From NCBI GenBank assembly GCA_040384625.1, contig JAZKIW010000113.1:591-64590 (forward strand): a stretch of DNA of 64,000 nucleotides, written 5' to 3'. Under the pieces are notes generated by a model. The model was not told the origin of the DNA and did no database searches. It saw only the letters and a list, made by a program, of their open reading frames with translations. Shown here one piece after another: positions 50,320 to 59,096 of the stretch (position 1 is the first letter of the stretch; each line of letters opens with the position of its first letter). The DNA is from Pseudomonadota bacterium. GTDB taxonomy: Bacteria > Pseudomonadota > Gammaproteobacteria > Burkholderiales > Burkholderiaceae_C. A program made the translations under genes and the position numbers.

Positions 50320-51021
50320 ATGCGACAAATCTTCCTCGACACCGAGACCACGGGTCTGAGCCCCGAGAGCGGCGACCGTGTCATCGAGATCGGCTGCCTC
50401 GAGATGGTCAACCGTCGGCTGACCGGGAACAACCGACACTTCTACCTGAACCCCGAGAGGCCGAACAGCGAGGGCGCGTTCGCTGTCCACGGGCTGAGTG
50501 ATGCGTTCCTGGCGGACAAGCCGCGCTTTGTCGAGATCGCCGACGAGTTGATGGCTTACCTGTCTGGCGCCGAGATCGTGATCCACAACGCGGCCTTCGA
50601 CGTCGGATTCATCGACGCGGAACTGAGGCGACTGACGCGACCGAACTTTGCCGGTCAGGTGGCGCGCATCACCGATTCATTGTTGATGGCGCGCAACCAG
50701 TTCCCCGGCAAGTCGAATTCGCTCGACGCGCTGTGCAAGCGCCTGGAGGTCGACAACTCCAATCGCACCCTGCACGGCGCGTTGCTCGATGCCGGGCTGC
50801 TGGCCGAGGTCTACGTGCGCATGACGCGCGGCCAGGAGGCACTGGTCATCGAGACACGCGAAACTGCAAGTGCGGTCCCCGGCGCGGCGTTGATTGACCT
50901 GAGGGGTTTCGTGCTCATCGCCGTCGGTGTTCCCGACGAAGAGCAGGCCGCGCACGAGGCCGTCCTCGTCGACCTGGACAAGGCCAGCGCCGGCCGGACG
51001 CTGTGGCGCCGTCTGGCATAA
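50320..51021 (+). CDS. dnaQ: DNA polymerase III subunit epsilon
   Basis: Start at M176 of the track ORF. Exo motifs IFLDTETTGL, HNAAFDVGF and HGALLDAGLLAEVY. Confidence 0.9.
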   Translation: MRQIFLDTETTGLSPESGDRVIEIGCLEMVNRRLTGNNRHFYLNPERPNSEGAFAVHGLSDAFLADKPRFVEIADELMAYLSGAEIVIHNAAFDVGFIDAELRRLTRPNFAGQVARITDSLLMARNQFPGKSNSLDALCKRLEVDNSNRTLHGALLDAGLLAEVYVRMTRGQEALVIETRETASAVPGAALIDLRGFVLIAVGVPDEEQAAHEAVLVDLDKASAGRTLWRRLA

Positions 51022-51071
51022 TCGCGCCCGTTCTTCCGGTACGCCGGAGAGCGAGCCGAAGCGCCAGTTTC

Positions 51072-51146
51072 GGGCGGTTAACTCAGCGGTAGAGTGCCAC
51101 CTTCACACGGTGGAAGTCGCAGGTTCGAACCCTGCACCGCCCACCA
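51072..51146 (+). tRNA. tRNA-Val (anticodon CAC)
   Basis: Hand-folded GGGCGGT-TA-ACTC..GAGT-G-CCACC-TTCACAC-GGTGG-AAGTC-GCAGG-TTCGAAC-CCTGC-ACCGCCC-ACCA. Confidence 0.9.
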
Positions 51147-51164
51147 GACAATCTCAGTCCATGC

Positions 51165-51189
51165 GGCCCTTCGGGGCCATTTTGCTTTG
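51165..51189 (+). terminator. Hairpin plus T-rich tract after tRNA-Val
   Basis: GGCCC-ttcg-GGGCC followed by ATTTTGCTTTG. Confidence 0.5.
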
Positions 51190-51240
51190 TGCGGACGCGC
51201 CTGATGTAAAACGTCGGCCACTGAATCGCTGGGGTTCGCC

Positions 51241-51936
51241 ATGACACTGAGCTTGCAAGACCGGGTCTTCGTGGTCACAGGAGGTTTCGGTGCGCTCGGA
51301 CGCGCCCTGGCCACGGTGCTGGAAGAGCGCGGCGCGTGCGTGGCGCTGCTCGACCGCGCGCCGGCAGCCGCGGGCCTTGCAGAAACACCGCGGCGGTTGT
51401 TGCTTGCCGGTGTCGACCTCGGCGCCGAGGGAGCAACGCAGGGGGCCCTGGCGCAGGTCGATCAGCGCTGGCAGCGCATCGACGGCCTCGTCAATGTTGC
51501 GGGCGGCTTCGCTTGGGAAGCGCTGACCGACGGCGCGCTCGACACCTGGGACCGTCAGTACGCGATGAACCTGCGCAGCGCCGTCGCGGCCTCGCAGGCT
51601 GCACTGCCGCACCTCAAGGCCGGGGGGCGGATCGTCAACATCGCTGCCCTGGCGGCCCTCAAAGCAGCGGCGGGCATGGGCGCCTACGCAGCGTCCAAGG
51701 CCGGTGTGATGCGCTTCACCGAAGCGCTGGCCGAAGAGCTGAAGGAGCGCGACATCACGGTCAACGCCGTGCTGCCGAGCATCATCGACACGCCCGCCAA
51801 CCGCGCCGACATGCCGAAGGCCGACTTCGCGCGCTGGGTCACGCCACAGGCCCTGAGCCACGTGGTGGCCTTCCTGCTGTCGGACGAGGCGGCTGCGATC
51901 ACTGGCGCCTGCGTGCCGGTCACTGGCCGGGTCTGA
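51241..51936 (+). CDS. SDR family oxidoreductase
   Basis: VVTGGFGALG and YAASK. Confidence 0.85.
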   Translation: MTLSLQDRVFVVTGGFGALGRALATVLEERGACVALLDRAPAAAGLAETPRRLLLAGVDLGAEGATQGALAQVDQRWQRIDGLVNVAGGFAWEALTDGALDTWDRQYAMNLRSAVAASQAALPHLKAGGRIVNIAALAALKAAAGMGAYAASKAGVMRFTEALAEELKERDITVNAVLPSIIDTPANRADMPKADFARWVTPQALSHVVAFLLSDEAAAITGACVPVTGRV

Positions 51937-52002
51937 CCTGCGCTCGTCTGGCCGCGCGGTTTGTGCGCTGTCAGACAGATCGATCCACTCGCGGCTGCGA
52001 CG

Positions 52003-52776
52003 ATGGACGATCACGACTTCGGCGTCGCTGCGCGACGAAGGACCTTGCGCACCAAGACATCGGTCGTCCTGCTGTTGGCGGGGGCCACCGTTCTGCTCTC
52101 GATTTCGGGTTGCGCCGTTTGGCGCATCGGCCAGTCGGTGGCGTTGGCTCGCGCGAGCGTGCCGCTGCAGCGCACGCCTGAGGGCCCCGCGATGCGTCTG
52201 CTGATCGTCGGCGACAGTACGGCGGTGGGCACCGGCGCCGCGTCGGCGAAGACCAGCCTTGCCGGGCTGCTCGCGCTGCGCTATCCGCGCCTTCTGATCG
52301 ATAACCGGGCGCGCGACGGTGCACGGTTTGCCGACGTTGCAACGCAACTCGCTGGTGCGGAGCGCTTCGACATGGTGCTGGTGCAGGCCGGCGGGAATGA
52401 CGTGATCCGACTCCGAGGCCTCGAGGACCTGCGCGCCGACATCGATCGCGTCACCGCTCTGGCGCGTCAGCGGGCAGATCTGGTGGTGCTGATGCCGGCC
52501 GGCAATGTCGGCAATGCGCCCTTCTTCGTTGCGCCCGTGTCCTGGCTAATGACCTGGCGCTCGCGCGAGTTGCACAGCTTCGTGCGCGACGCTGCTGCCC
52601 GTCATTCCGCGCTCTACGTGAATCTGTTCCGCGAGCGCGCGGACGACCCGTTCGTGAACCGGCCGGGACTCCACGCGCGTGACGGCCTGCATCCCAGCGA
52701 TTCAGGCTACCGGCTCTGGTTCAGCGAGCTGTCGATCCAGGCCGACCTGGCGCGTCGCCTCGCGCCAGCCGCGTAG
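52003..52776 (+). CDS. SGNH/GDSL hydrolase with N-terminal membrane anchor
   Basis: Start at M15 of the track ORF. LIVGDSTAVGTG (block I) and DGLHPSDSGY (block V). Confidence 0.8.
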   Translation: MDDHDFGVAARRRTLRTKTSVVLLLAGATVLLSISGCAVWRIGQSVALARASVPLQRTPEGPAMRLLIVGDSTAVGTGAASAKTSLAGLLALRYPRLLIDNRARDGARFADVATQLAGAERFDMVLVQAGGNDVIRLRGLEDLRADIDRVTALARQRADLVVLMPAGNVGNAPFFVAPVSWLMTWRSRELHSFVRDAAARHSALYVNLFRERADDPFVNRPGLHARDGLHPSDSGYRLWFSELSIQADLARRLAPAA

Positions 52777-52865
52777 GACAGGGCCTCGCGCGCGACACGC
52801 CGATGTCCGATGGCAACGGCGCCTGCATCGAGTGACATTCAGGCGCAGCTTGACGAGGAACGGCG

Positions 52866-53936
52866 TTGACGAAGATTCGAACCGGGCAGGCGGGGGCGCC
52901 GTTGTCGCGCGCGCAGTTCCACGAGCGCTTCGGCCTGCGTTTTCGCGATCCCGCATTCACTGGCGAGCGCGAGGCGATCGGCCGCCTCGAGGAGATCGCA
53001 TGGCTTGCGTTGCAGGAGGGGCGCAAAGCGCCGGTCACCAGGCGCGCGGGGCGAGGGTTTGCGGATCCGGCCTATTCCATCTCGGTCGAATGGCTCGAGA
53101 CCCGAAAGCGCCTGCGAGCCGCTCAGAAGCGTTGGCAGGACCGGAGCGCACCCGCGCGTGTGCTGCTGGTGTGCGGCAGCGCGCGCAACGACGGCAGCTG
53201 TCCGGGAGAGGTGTCGAAAACGTGGCGCCTGACCGGGATTGCCGAGCGCGTGCTGCGGGCCGCCGGGGTCGAGACCGATGTGCTGGACCTGAGCCTGGTG
53301 ACGTCGGAGTACGGCCGCCATATCCATCCCTGCAAGGGCTGTGTGTCGAGCGCCATGCCGCTCTGCCACTGGCCCTGCTCGTGCTACCCGAACCACGCGC
53401 TCGATCAGGCCGACGACTGGATGGCCGAGATCTACGAACGTTGGGTCGCCGCGCACGCGGTGATCATCCTGGCGCCGACCTACTGGTACCAGTCGCCTGG
53501 CCCGCTCAAGCTGATGATCGATCGCATGGTCTGCGCCGACGGGGGCAACCCAGATCCGACCTCGACGCACGGGAAGCGGGTTGCCGAGGCCAAACGCATC
53601 GAGCAGAAGGGTTGGGACTACCCGAAGCATCTGGCTGGTCGCGCCTATGGTGTGGTCGTGCATGGCGACGCGGCAGGCGTCGAGGACCATCGACGCAACT
53701 TGTGCGACTGGCTCGAGTGGATGGGCCTGATCGACGCCGGGGCGGCCGCCAAGCTCGACCGCTACATCGGCTACTACGAGCCCTACTGCGACAGCCACGG
53801 TGCGCTCGACAAGGACCACGCTGTGCAGGACGAGGTGCGCAATGTTGCGTGCTCTGTGCTGGAGGCAGTCACCGAACTGCGGGCCGGACGGCTGAGCCGA
53901 CCGGACCGACGGGTCGAGTGGCCACGCGCCAAGTAA
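52866..53936 (+). CDS. Flavodoxin-like / NADPH-dependent FMN reductase family protein with N-terminal extension and Cys cluster
   Basis: VLLVCGSARNDGSCPGE, HPCKGCVSSAMPLCHWPCSCYP, LAPTYWYQSPGPLKLMIDR. About 100 extra N-terminal residues. Non-ATG start in the track. Confidence 0.65.
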   Translation: MTKIRTGQAGAPLSRAQFHERFGLRFRDPAFTGEREAIGRLEEIAWLALQEGRKAPVTRRAGRGFADPAYSISVEWLETRKRLRAAQKRWQDRSAPARVLLVCGSARNDGSCPGEVSKTWRLTGIAERVLRAAGVETDVLDLSLVTSEYGRHIHPCKGCVSSAMPLCHWPCSCYPNHALDQADDWMAEIYERWVAAHAVIILAPTYWYQSPGPLKLMIDRMVCADGGNPDPTSTHGKRVAEAKRIEQKGWDYPKHLAGRAYGVVVHGDAAGVEDHRRNLCDWLEWMGLIDAGAAAKLDRYIGYYEPYCDSHGALDKDHAVQDEVRNVACSVLEAVTELRAGRLSRPDRRVEWPRAK

Positions 53937-53955
53937 CCACGAAAAGGAGTGACCC

Positions 53956-54405
53956 ATGATCGAAAAAACCGCCACCGTGCACTGGGAAGGGGCTGGCAAG
54001 AAGGGCAAGGGCCGGATCAGTACCGAAACCCAGGCACTGAAGGAACACCCGTATGGCTTTGCAAGTCGCTTCGAGGACGACCGTCGTGGGACCAATCCCG
54101 AAGAGATCCTCGCCGCCGCGCACGCTGCCTGCTTCACGATGGCGTTCTCCTTTGCCTGCGACAAGGCGGGGTTCGCCACGACCATGGTCGACACGCAGGC
54201 GCGCGTGCGCCTGGCGAAGCAGGGCGAGGGCTTCGCTATCGACCGCATCGCATTGAGCTTGACAGCCAGCGTGCCCGGCATCGACGAGGCGCGGTTCCAG
54301 CAGCTTGCCTCGGCAGCCAAGCGCGATTGCCCGTTGTCCAAGGCCCTGGCGAGCGTGCCCGAGATCACCCTGAAGGCCAGCTTGCAAGCGTCGCCAGCAT
54401 CCTGA
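53956..54405 (+). CDS. osmC: OsmC family peroxiredoxin
   Basis: EEILAAAHAACFTMAF and DCPLSKAL (both conserved Cys regions). Confidence 0.85.
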   Translation: MIEKTATVHWEGAGKKGKGRISTETQALKEHPYGFASRFEDDRRGTNPEEILAAAHAACFTMAFSFACDKAGFATTMVDTQARVRLAKQGEGFAIDRIALSLTASVPGIDEARFQQLASAAKRDCPLSKALASVPEITLKASLQASPAS

Positions 54406-54418
54406 CAAAGAGCTCGTC

Positions 54419-54745
54419 ATGCCGAAGAAGGCCTGGAGCGCCAAGCGCGAGCGCCAATACGCGCACATCAAGCACGGCCTGATCGAGCGGGGAGAGACCG
54501 AGCCCCTGGCAGAGGAGATCGCCGCGCGTGTGGTCAACAAGGAGCGCGCGCAACATGGCGAGTCGATGGAGGCGAGCGCCTCTTCACTCAAGGACATCTC
54601 GTCCGGTCGGCGCGGAGGCCTGCGTTCCCACCGAGGCGCCGGCGGACGCACATTGCTCCAGTTGCGCAACGAGGCTCGACAGCGCGGCTTGAAGGGCCGC
54701 TCTTCGATGAACAAGGCAAAGCTCGCAGCGGCTTTGCGCCGATGA
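54419..54745 (+). CDS. Small basic protein with C-terminal Rho-N/SAP-like domain
   Basis: C-terminal TLLQLRNEARQRGLKGRSSMNKAKLAAAL resembles the Rho termination factor N-terminal (SAP-like) motif. Confidence 0.6.
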   Translation: MPKKAWSAKRERQYAHIKHGLIERGETEPLAEEIAARVVNKERAQHGESMEASASSLKDISSGRRGGLRSHRGAGGRTLLQLRNEARQRGLKGRSSMNKAKLAAALRR

Positions 54746-54787
54746 CAGGCATGGCGGCCAAGCCGATCGCACGTCATCGGCTGCCTG

Positions 54788-55009
54788 GTGCTGACAGTGG
54801 TATCGATCGCTGTCGCCGATGTCGCGCGGCCGGCGCGCGCCCTGAACGTGCTTCTCGGGATGGCATTGATGCTCGTCCCGCTCCTGTTCGATGGTGACGA
54901 CATGGCGCTGGCCACAGGGACTGGCCTGGGCCTCGCCCTTGTCCTGCTGAGCATTCGTCGTAGCCCGATACAGGCGCGCTACGGTTCCTGGAATCGCCTG
55001 CTGGCCTAG
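54788..55009 (+). CDS. Hypothetical small membrane ORF (possibly truncated)
   Basis: GTG-initiated 73-aa ORF with 2-3 hydrophobic segments. It is in the same frame as the preceding gene, separated only by one TGA. Confidence 0.3.
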   Translation: MLTVVSIAVADVARPARALNVLLGMALMLVPLLFDGDDMALATGTGLGLALVLLSIRRSPIQARYGSWNRLLA

Positions 55010-55182
55010 CAGCGTGAGCGCAGCCGCTGCGGGTGGGAGGACCGACGCCTAGGGAAAACCCGAATCACCCAGGCACGGGGCTATGTAACCATCTGTGTAA
55101 TTCGAATCGGCCTTGCGGGCTTGGGGGAGGGGTTGGTGAAGCTGGCGATGCAAGCGCTCGGACCGCACTCGAAGGTGCTCCG

Positions 55183-55449
55183 ATGAGCAAGCTCTTGTAC
55201 TTGCTTGCCTTCCTGTGTCTGGCGATGGGCATTGTCGACACGTCTGACTGGATCGGGCCCCGGCGGGAGGTGGCGGCGGGCATCCTGTTCCTGCTCGCAC
55301 CTGTCCTCGCCCTGGCCGGATACGCCGTCTCGCATGCCCCTACCAGGAAATGTCCGCACTGCAACGAGCGCAACAAGAGAGACGCCTCGATCTGCAAGCA
55401 CTGCGGCAGGTCGCCGCATCTCTACCGCAAATTCTTCCCGTCGAGTTGA
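55183..55449 (+). CDS. Hypothetical 2-TM protein with C-terminal zinc-ribbon motif
   Basis: Start at M51 of the track ORF: MSKLLYLLAFLCLAMGIV..., then CPHC-x13-CKHC. Confidence 0.45.
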   Translation: MSKLLYLLAFLCLAMGIVDTSDWIGPRREVAAGILFLLAPVLALAGYAVSHAPTRKCPHCNERNKRDASICKHCGRSPHLYRKFFPSS

Positions 55450-55541
55450 GTGGGTCGACGCGGGCGTGTGCTGCGCCATCGGTCTTCCGTCGCGAGCTAT
55501 GCTCTCACCAGGTCAGGATCGCAAAGTCTGGAGATGTCGGG

Positions 55542-55748
55542 ATGGCGGCGAAGGCAGCAACCAAGAGCAAATCGGGTGATGGCGATCGGCGCTCGGGTGC
55601 CGACCGGCGCAAGCTCGACGTCGTGACGCCAGGCAAGCCCGAGCGGCGACGCAACGTCGAGTCGCGCAAGCCTGAGGTCGTCGAACTCGAGATGTCCAAC
55701 TCGGAGTGGGGCGCGCTGGCGCACGATCCACTGAAGCCGGGTCAGTGA
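55542..55748 (+). CDS. Hypothetical small basic protein with RSG-x-DRR motif
   Basis: Start at M65 of the track ORF, with GGAG 9 nt upstream. GDRRSGADRRKLD...PERRRNVESRK. G/C-rich third positions. Confidence 0.45.
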   Translation: MAAKAATKSKSGDGDRRSGADRRKLDVVTPGKPERRRNVESRKPEVVELEMSNSEWGALAHDPLKPGQ

Positions 55749-56014
55749 CTGTCTGAACTAGCGTCCGGCTTGGGCGCGAACAGTTCGTCGAATAACTCGC
55801 CGGGCAATGTGTCCGGATCATCGGTGACGTCGGTACCGTCGAGCAGGTCGTACGACGACGTCACCCAGCTACCGTAGGAAACCTCGGGCAGTTCGCTGCT
55901 TGGCTTCGGGGCGGGCGGCGTGCTCTTGTCGATCCATTCGCCCATCGGCGCGCCCGGGCTGACGCGCCAGACCCGCCTGGCCGGCGCCGTCGGTTTAGGC
56001 CGGTGCATCGACAT
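55742..56014 (-). CDS. Hypothetical 90-aa protein, paralog A1
   Basis: ORF track. About 70 percent identical by eye to the product of 59097..59369; shares PEVSYGSWVTSSYDLLDGT-V--DPDTLPGELFDELF. Confidence 0.65.
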   Translation of the reverse strand: MSMHRPKPTAPARRVWRVSPGAPMGEWIDKSTPPAPKPSSELPEVSYGSWVTSSYDLLDGTDVTDDPDTLPGELFDELFAPKPDASSDSH

Positions 56015-56181
56015 GGCGCGAGTATGGATCCGCCGAGGCGCGACGACAACCCGCAGGCAGCAGCTTTGGTGCCCGACCCGGCCGAACGGGTGCCTGTAGG
56101 TCTGGTCGTACAGCCGGATCAGCCCTTGGCCGCTGTCGGTGCATTCGTCTTCGGGGCACGCTGCCCTCCCATCAAGGCGAA

Positions 56182-56520
56182 GTGCCCGGAAGAACCATGC
56201 CGCAGCGTGCAGTCACCACACCGGCCCGGCAGGGCCGAGGGAAACGGAAGTCCGCTGGCGGAGGGCTCGCGCCGGGCCGCCCTGCCGACATCAAGGGCGT
56301 CGACTTGCCCTTGCCGCACGAACGCGACCAAGCGCTGGGCCAAGTCGCCAGCGTCCCCGATCCCATCATGCGTCAAGCCAAGCGCGACCTGGATGCCGGA
56401 CTGGTGGACACCGACATGCGTGCTGTGCCGGGGTTGGACGCTGGCCACAGACGGAACCTGGTACCCACGCCAATGCCTTCAACGGAGCCGCCGACGTCCA
56501 AGCCAGTCAGGCGGCGCTGA
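56182..56520 (+). CDS. Hypothetical small protein with LPLPHERD motif
   Basis: ORF track, G/C-rich third positions. VDLPLPHERDQALGQVASVPDPIMRQAKRDLDAGLVDTDMRAVPGLDA. Alternative start at 56197. Confidence 0.5.
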   Translation: MPGRTMPQRAVTTPARQGRGKRKSAGGGLAPGRPADIKGVDLPLPHERDQALGQVASVPDPIMRQAKRDLDAGLVDTDMRAVPGLDAGHRRNLVPTPMPSTEPPTSKPVRRR

Positions 56521-56537
56521 ACGCACCAGCGAATGCC

Positions 56538-56753
56538 ATGAAGAGCTGGTTCATCAAGCCGTCGCATCCGATGTCGGTGTGGACCGCGCGCTTCACCGCC
56601 CGCTTGCTGGCGCTACAACCCGGCATGTCCGCATTCAGCGCGGCAGAGCACGCGGTGGTGACGTTCCCGGATGCCGCGGATCTGGAACCCGAAGCCGCGG
56701 CCGAGATTTTTGCCGCCGAGGAACCGCCCGGCGAGGCGGTCAACTCGAAGTAG
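56538..56753 (+). CDS. Hypothetical 71-aa protein, paralog B1
   Basis: ATG at residue 134 of ORF 56139..56753. WTARFTARLLALQP...ADLEPEAAAEIF aligns with the products of 62107..62448 and 62497..62700. Confidence 0.5.
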   Translation: MKSWFIKPSHPMSVWTARFTARLLALQPGMSAFSAAEHAVVTFPDAADLEPEAAAEIFAAEEPPGEAVNSK

Positions 56754-56875
56754 TCAGATCCCTCAATGCCGAGAATTAGGCCGCATTGATCCACATCATC
56801 GCGGCGTGCGTCAGAGGGCGCGGTGGCAACATCGCAAGTCACAATCTGTGTGGATTGCGTACTGCGCACAACAAG

Positions 56876-58891
56876 ATGAGGCAAGAACGGCAGGAGCTGG
56901 TGGCTGCGCGCCGTCTCGAAGACGTCGACGACACCGTCGAACTGCTGCAGCGCATGCTCGACGACGTTCCGGTGCGCGTCAGCTATTGGGACGACGAGAG
57001 CCTGAACCTGTTCGCCAACAAGGCATTCCTGGACTGGTTCGATGTGAAACGGGCTGACATCGCAGGCCGGCATGCGCGCGAGGTCATCGGCAAAGCCTGG
57101 TTCGCGCGCATTGAGGGTCCGATTGCCGACGGTCTCGCCGGTCAGGCGAGTCGTTTCGAAACCTCGTTTCGCGCAGACAACGGTGCTCGCAAGCACCTGG
57201 ATCTGCGCTTCACGCCCGACCTGAAGCAAGGGCGGGTGCGCGGATTGATCGTCCATGTCGCCGATGTCACCGCGCTTCGAGACGCCGAGCGTGAGCTGGT
57301 GCGGCGCGAGGCGCGCTTCAGGCTGCTCGTTGACGCCGTCCAGGACTACGCGATCTACATGCTCGACGCCGCGGGGCGGGTGGCCACCTGGAACGCCGGG
57401 GCAGTACGCAACAAGGGCTACCAGGCCGAAGAGGTGATCGGCAAGCACTTCGGCATCTTTTTCGAAGCACATGACGCGACCTCGGGCCAGCCCGAGCGCG
57501 AACTGGCGCACGCCGCGCGCGAGGGGCGCTTCGAGAGCGAAGGGTGGCGCGTTCGCGCGGATGGCAGTCGGTTCTGGGCCAGTGTGTTGCTCACCGCCAT
57601 CCATGACGAGGACAAGCAAGTCATCGGCTACGCCAAGATCACGCGCGATCTCAGCGAGCACAAGCGCGCGGCTGAACAGCTGGCCACCCTTGAAGGCGAG
57701 CGGCAGCGGCGCCTGATGAGCGAGGCGGCCAGCAAGGCGAAGAGCGACTTCCTGGCCTCGATGAGCCACGAGATCCGCACGCCAATGAATGCGATCCTCG
57801 GTCTGTCGTACCTGACGTTGCAGTGCACGCTCGAGGAAAAGCCGCGCAACTATGTGGAGAAGGTGCACAAGGCGGCCGAGAACCTGCTCGGGATCCTCAA
57901 TGACATCCTCGACATCTCCAAGGTCGAGGCGGGCGAGATGCAACTCGAGCGCATTCAGTTCGGGCTGGCTGAGGTTCTCGACAACGTGATGGACACCGCG
58001 GGCGTCAAGGCCCAGGCGAAGGGCCTGGCATTCAGGCTGGAGATCGAATCAACCGTGCCTCGACTTCTGGTCGGTGACGCGATGCGCTTGGGGCAGGTGC
58101 TGCTTAATCTGGCCGACAACGCCATCAAGTTCACCGAGCACGGGCAGGTCCTGATCCAGGTCGAGAGTCTGCTGCAACTAGGCAACCGGGTCGAGCTGAT
58201 GTTCAGTGTCGGTGATACGGGGGCTGGCATCCCGACCGAGAAGCAGCGCGTCATCTTCAAAAAGTTCACGCAGGCCGATGCGTCGGTAGCGCGCGGTCAC
58301 GGCGGCAGCGGCCTCGGCCTGGCCATTAGCCGCCAACTGGTGGAGCTCATGGGTGGCACCCTGGGCGTGCAGAGCCAGGTGGGCTCGGGTTCGACGTTCC
58401 ACTTCAATGCGCGCTTCGAGGCGGCCGCTGATGCCGGCAGCCAATCCGCCCAGGTGACACCCCTGCCTTCGCATGCCGATGCCGGCAATCGCGATGCTTT
58501 GCGCGGGGCGAAAATCCTGCTGGTCGAGGACAACGAAGTCAATCAGTTGGTGGCCTGCGAGATGCTTCGTCCAGCCGGGATCGAGGTGCTGGTGGCGAAC
58601 AACGGCCGCGAGGCGCTCGATCTGTTGAACGCGCAGCCTGACGTCGCCCTGGTGTTGATGGATTGCTACATGCCGGTCATGGACGGCTTTGCAGCAACAC
58701 GAGCCATTCGCGCCAGCAAGCACTTCAGGCACCTGCCTGTGCTGGCCATGACGGCCAACGTCCTGCCTGACGACCTACTCAACTGCCGTGTGGCCGGAAT
58801 GAACGACCACATTGGCAAGCCTTTCCGTGCAGACGACTTGTTCGCCGCGCTGTCCTACTGGCTCATCCGCCGGGGGCGCGACGAGCGCTGA
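56876..58891 (+). CDS. Hybrid sensor histidine kinase/response regulator, soluble, two PAS domains
   Basis: Two PAS-like segments, HisKA SHEIRTPMNAILG, HATPase GGSGLGLAIS, receiver ILLVEDNEVNQ and VLMDCYMPVMDG. No hydrophobic segments. Start at M31 of the track ORF is uncertain. Confidence 0.85.
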   Translation: MRQERQELVAARRLEDVDDTVELLQRMLDDVPVRVSYWDDESLNLFANKAFLDWFDVKRADIAGRHAREVIGKAWFARIEGPIADGLAGQASRFETSFRADNGARKHLDLRFTPDLKQGRVRGLIVHVADVTALRDAERELVRREARFRLLVDAVQDYAIYMLDAAGRVATWNAGAVRNKGYQAEEVIGKHFGIFFEAHDATSGQPERELAHAAREGRFESEGWRVRADGSRFWASVLLTAIHDEDKQVIGYAKITRDLSEHKRAAEQLATLEGERQRRLMSEAASKAKSDFLASMSHEIRTPMNAILGLSYLTLQCTLEEKPRNYVEKVHKAAENLLGILNDILDISKVEAGEMQLERIQFGLAEVLDNVMDTAGVKAQAKGLAFRLEIESTVPRLLVGDAMRLGQVLLNLADNAIKFTEHGQVLIQVESLLQLGNRVELMFSVGDTGAGIPTEKQRVIFKKFTQADASVARGHGGSGLGLAISRQLVELMGGTLGVQSQVGSGSTFHFNARFEAAADAGSQSAQVTPLPSHADAGNRDALRGAKILLVEDNEVNQLVACEMLRPAGIEVLVANNGREALDLLNAQPDVALVLMDCYMPVMDGFAATRAIRASKHFRHLPVLAMTANVLPDDLLNCRVAGMNDHIGKPFRADDLFAALSYWLIRRGRDER

Positions 58892-59096
58892 GAACACTCG
58901 TCGTGGAGTCCTGCGAGCCCACTCGCGTGGCGAACGCGGACACCTGCACCTGAAAGTAGCGGCGCTCTCCTACAGATCGGCCGGCACAGGGGCCGAATAC
59001 TGCGGCCATGAGCAACGTGATTCCCCGTCCGCGGTGCGCCGGACGCGCAACCTCGATCCAGTGCCGGCCGAGGCGGCCACGCTGAGGCGAAGCGCC

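Noticed and set aside
54743-54745. Possibility that the in-frame TGA encodes selenocysteine
   Set aside because: I see no SECIS-like hairpin immediately downstream, no selenoprotein family context, and no selA/selB/selD genes in the window. Nonsense mutation, readthrough or coincidence are more parsimonious.
52839-54954. Minus-strand ORFs 52839..54368 (509 aa) and 53869..54954 (361 aa)
   Set aside because: They are antisense to the flavodoxin-like, OsmC and Rho-N-like genes. No motifs, and low-complexity Arg/Ala/Pro-rich translations.
56015-56181. Sigma-54-like GG-N10-GC element in the divergent region upstream of the kinase operon
   Set aside because: The candidate tGGtgcccgacccGGc has wrong spacing and lacks the -12 GC, so it is not a credible match.
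56003-56779. Plus-strand ORFs 56003..56779 (258 aa) and 56139..56753 (204 aa), and minus ORF 56507..57943 (478 aa)
   Set aside because: The long plus frames are Arg/Pro/Cys-rich and non-protein-like except for the last 71 codons of 56139..56753 (kept as B1). Frame 56182..56520 has better codon bias and a conserved-looking motif. The minus ORF is antisense to the histidine kinase.
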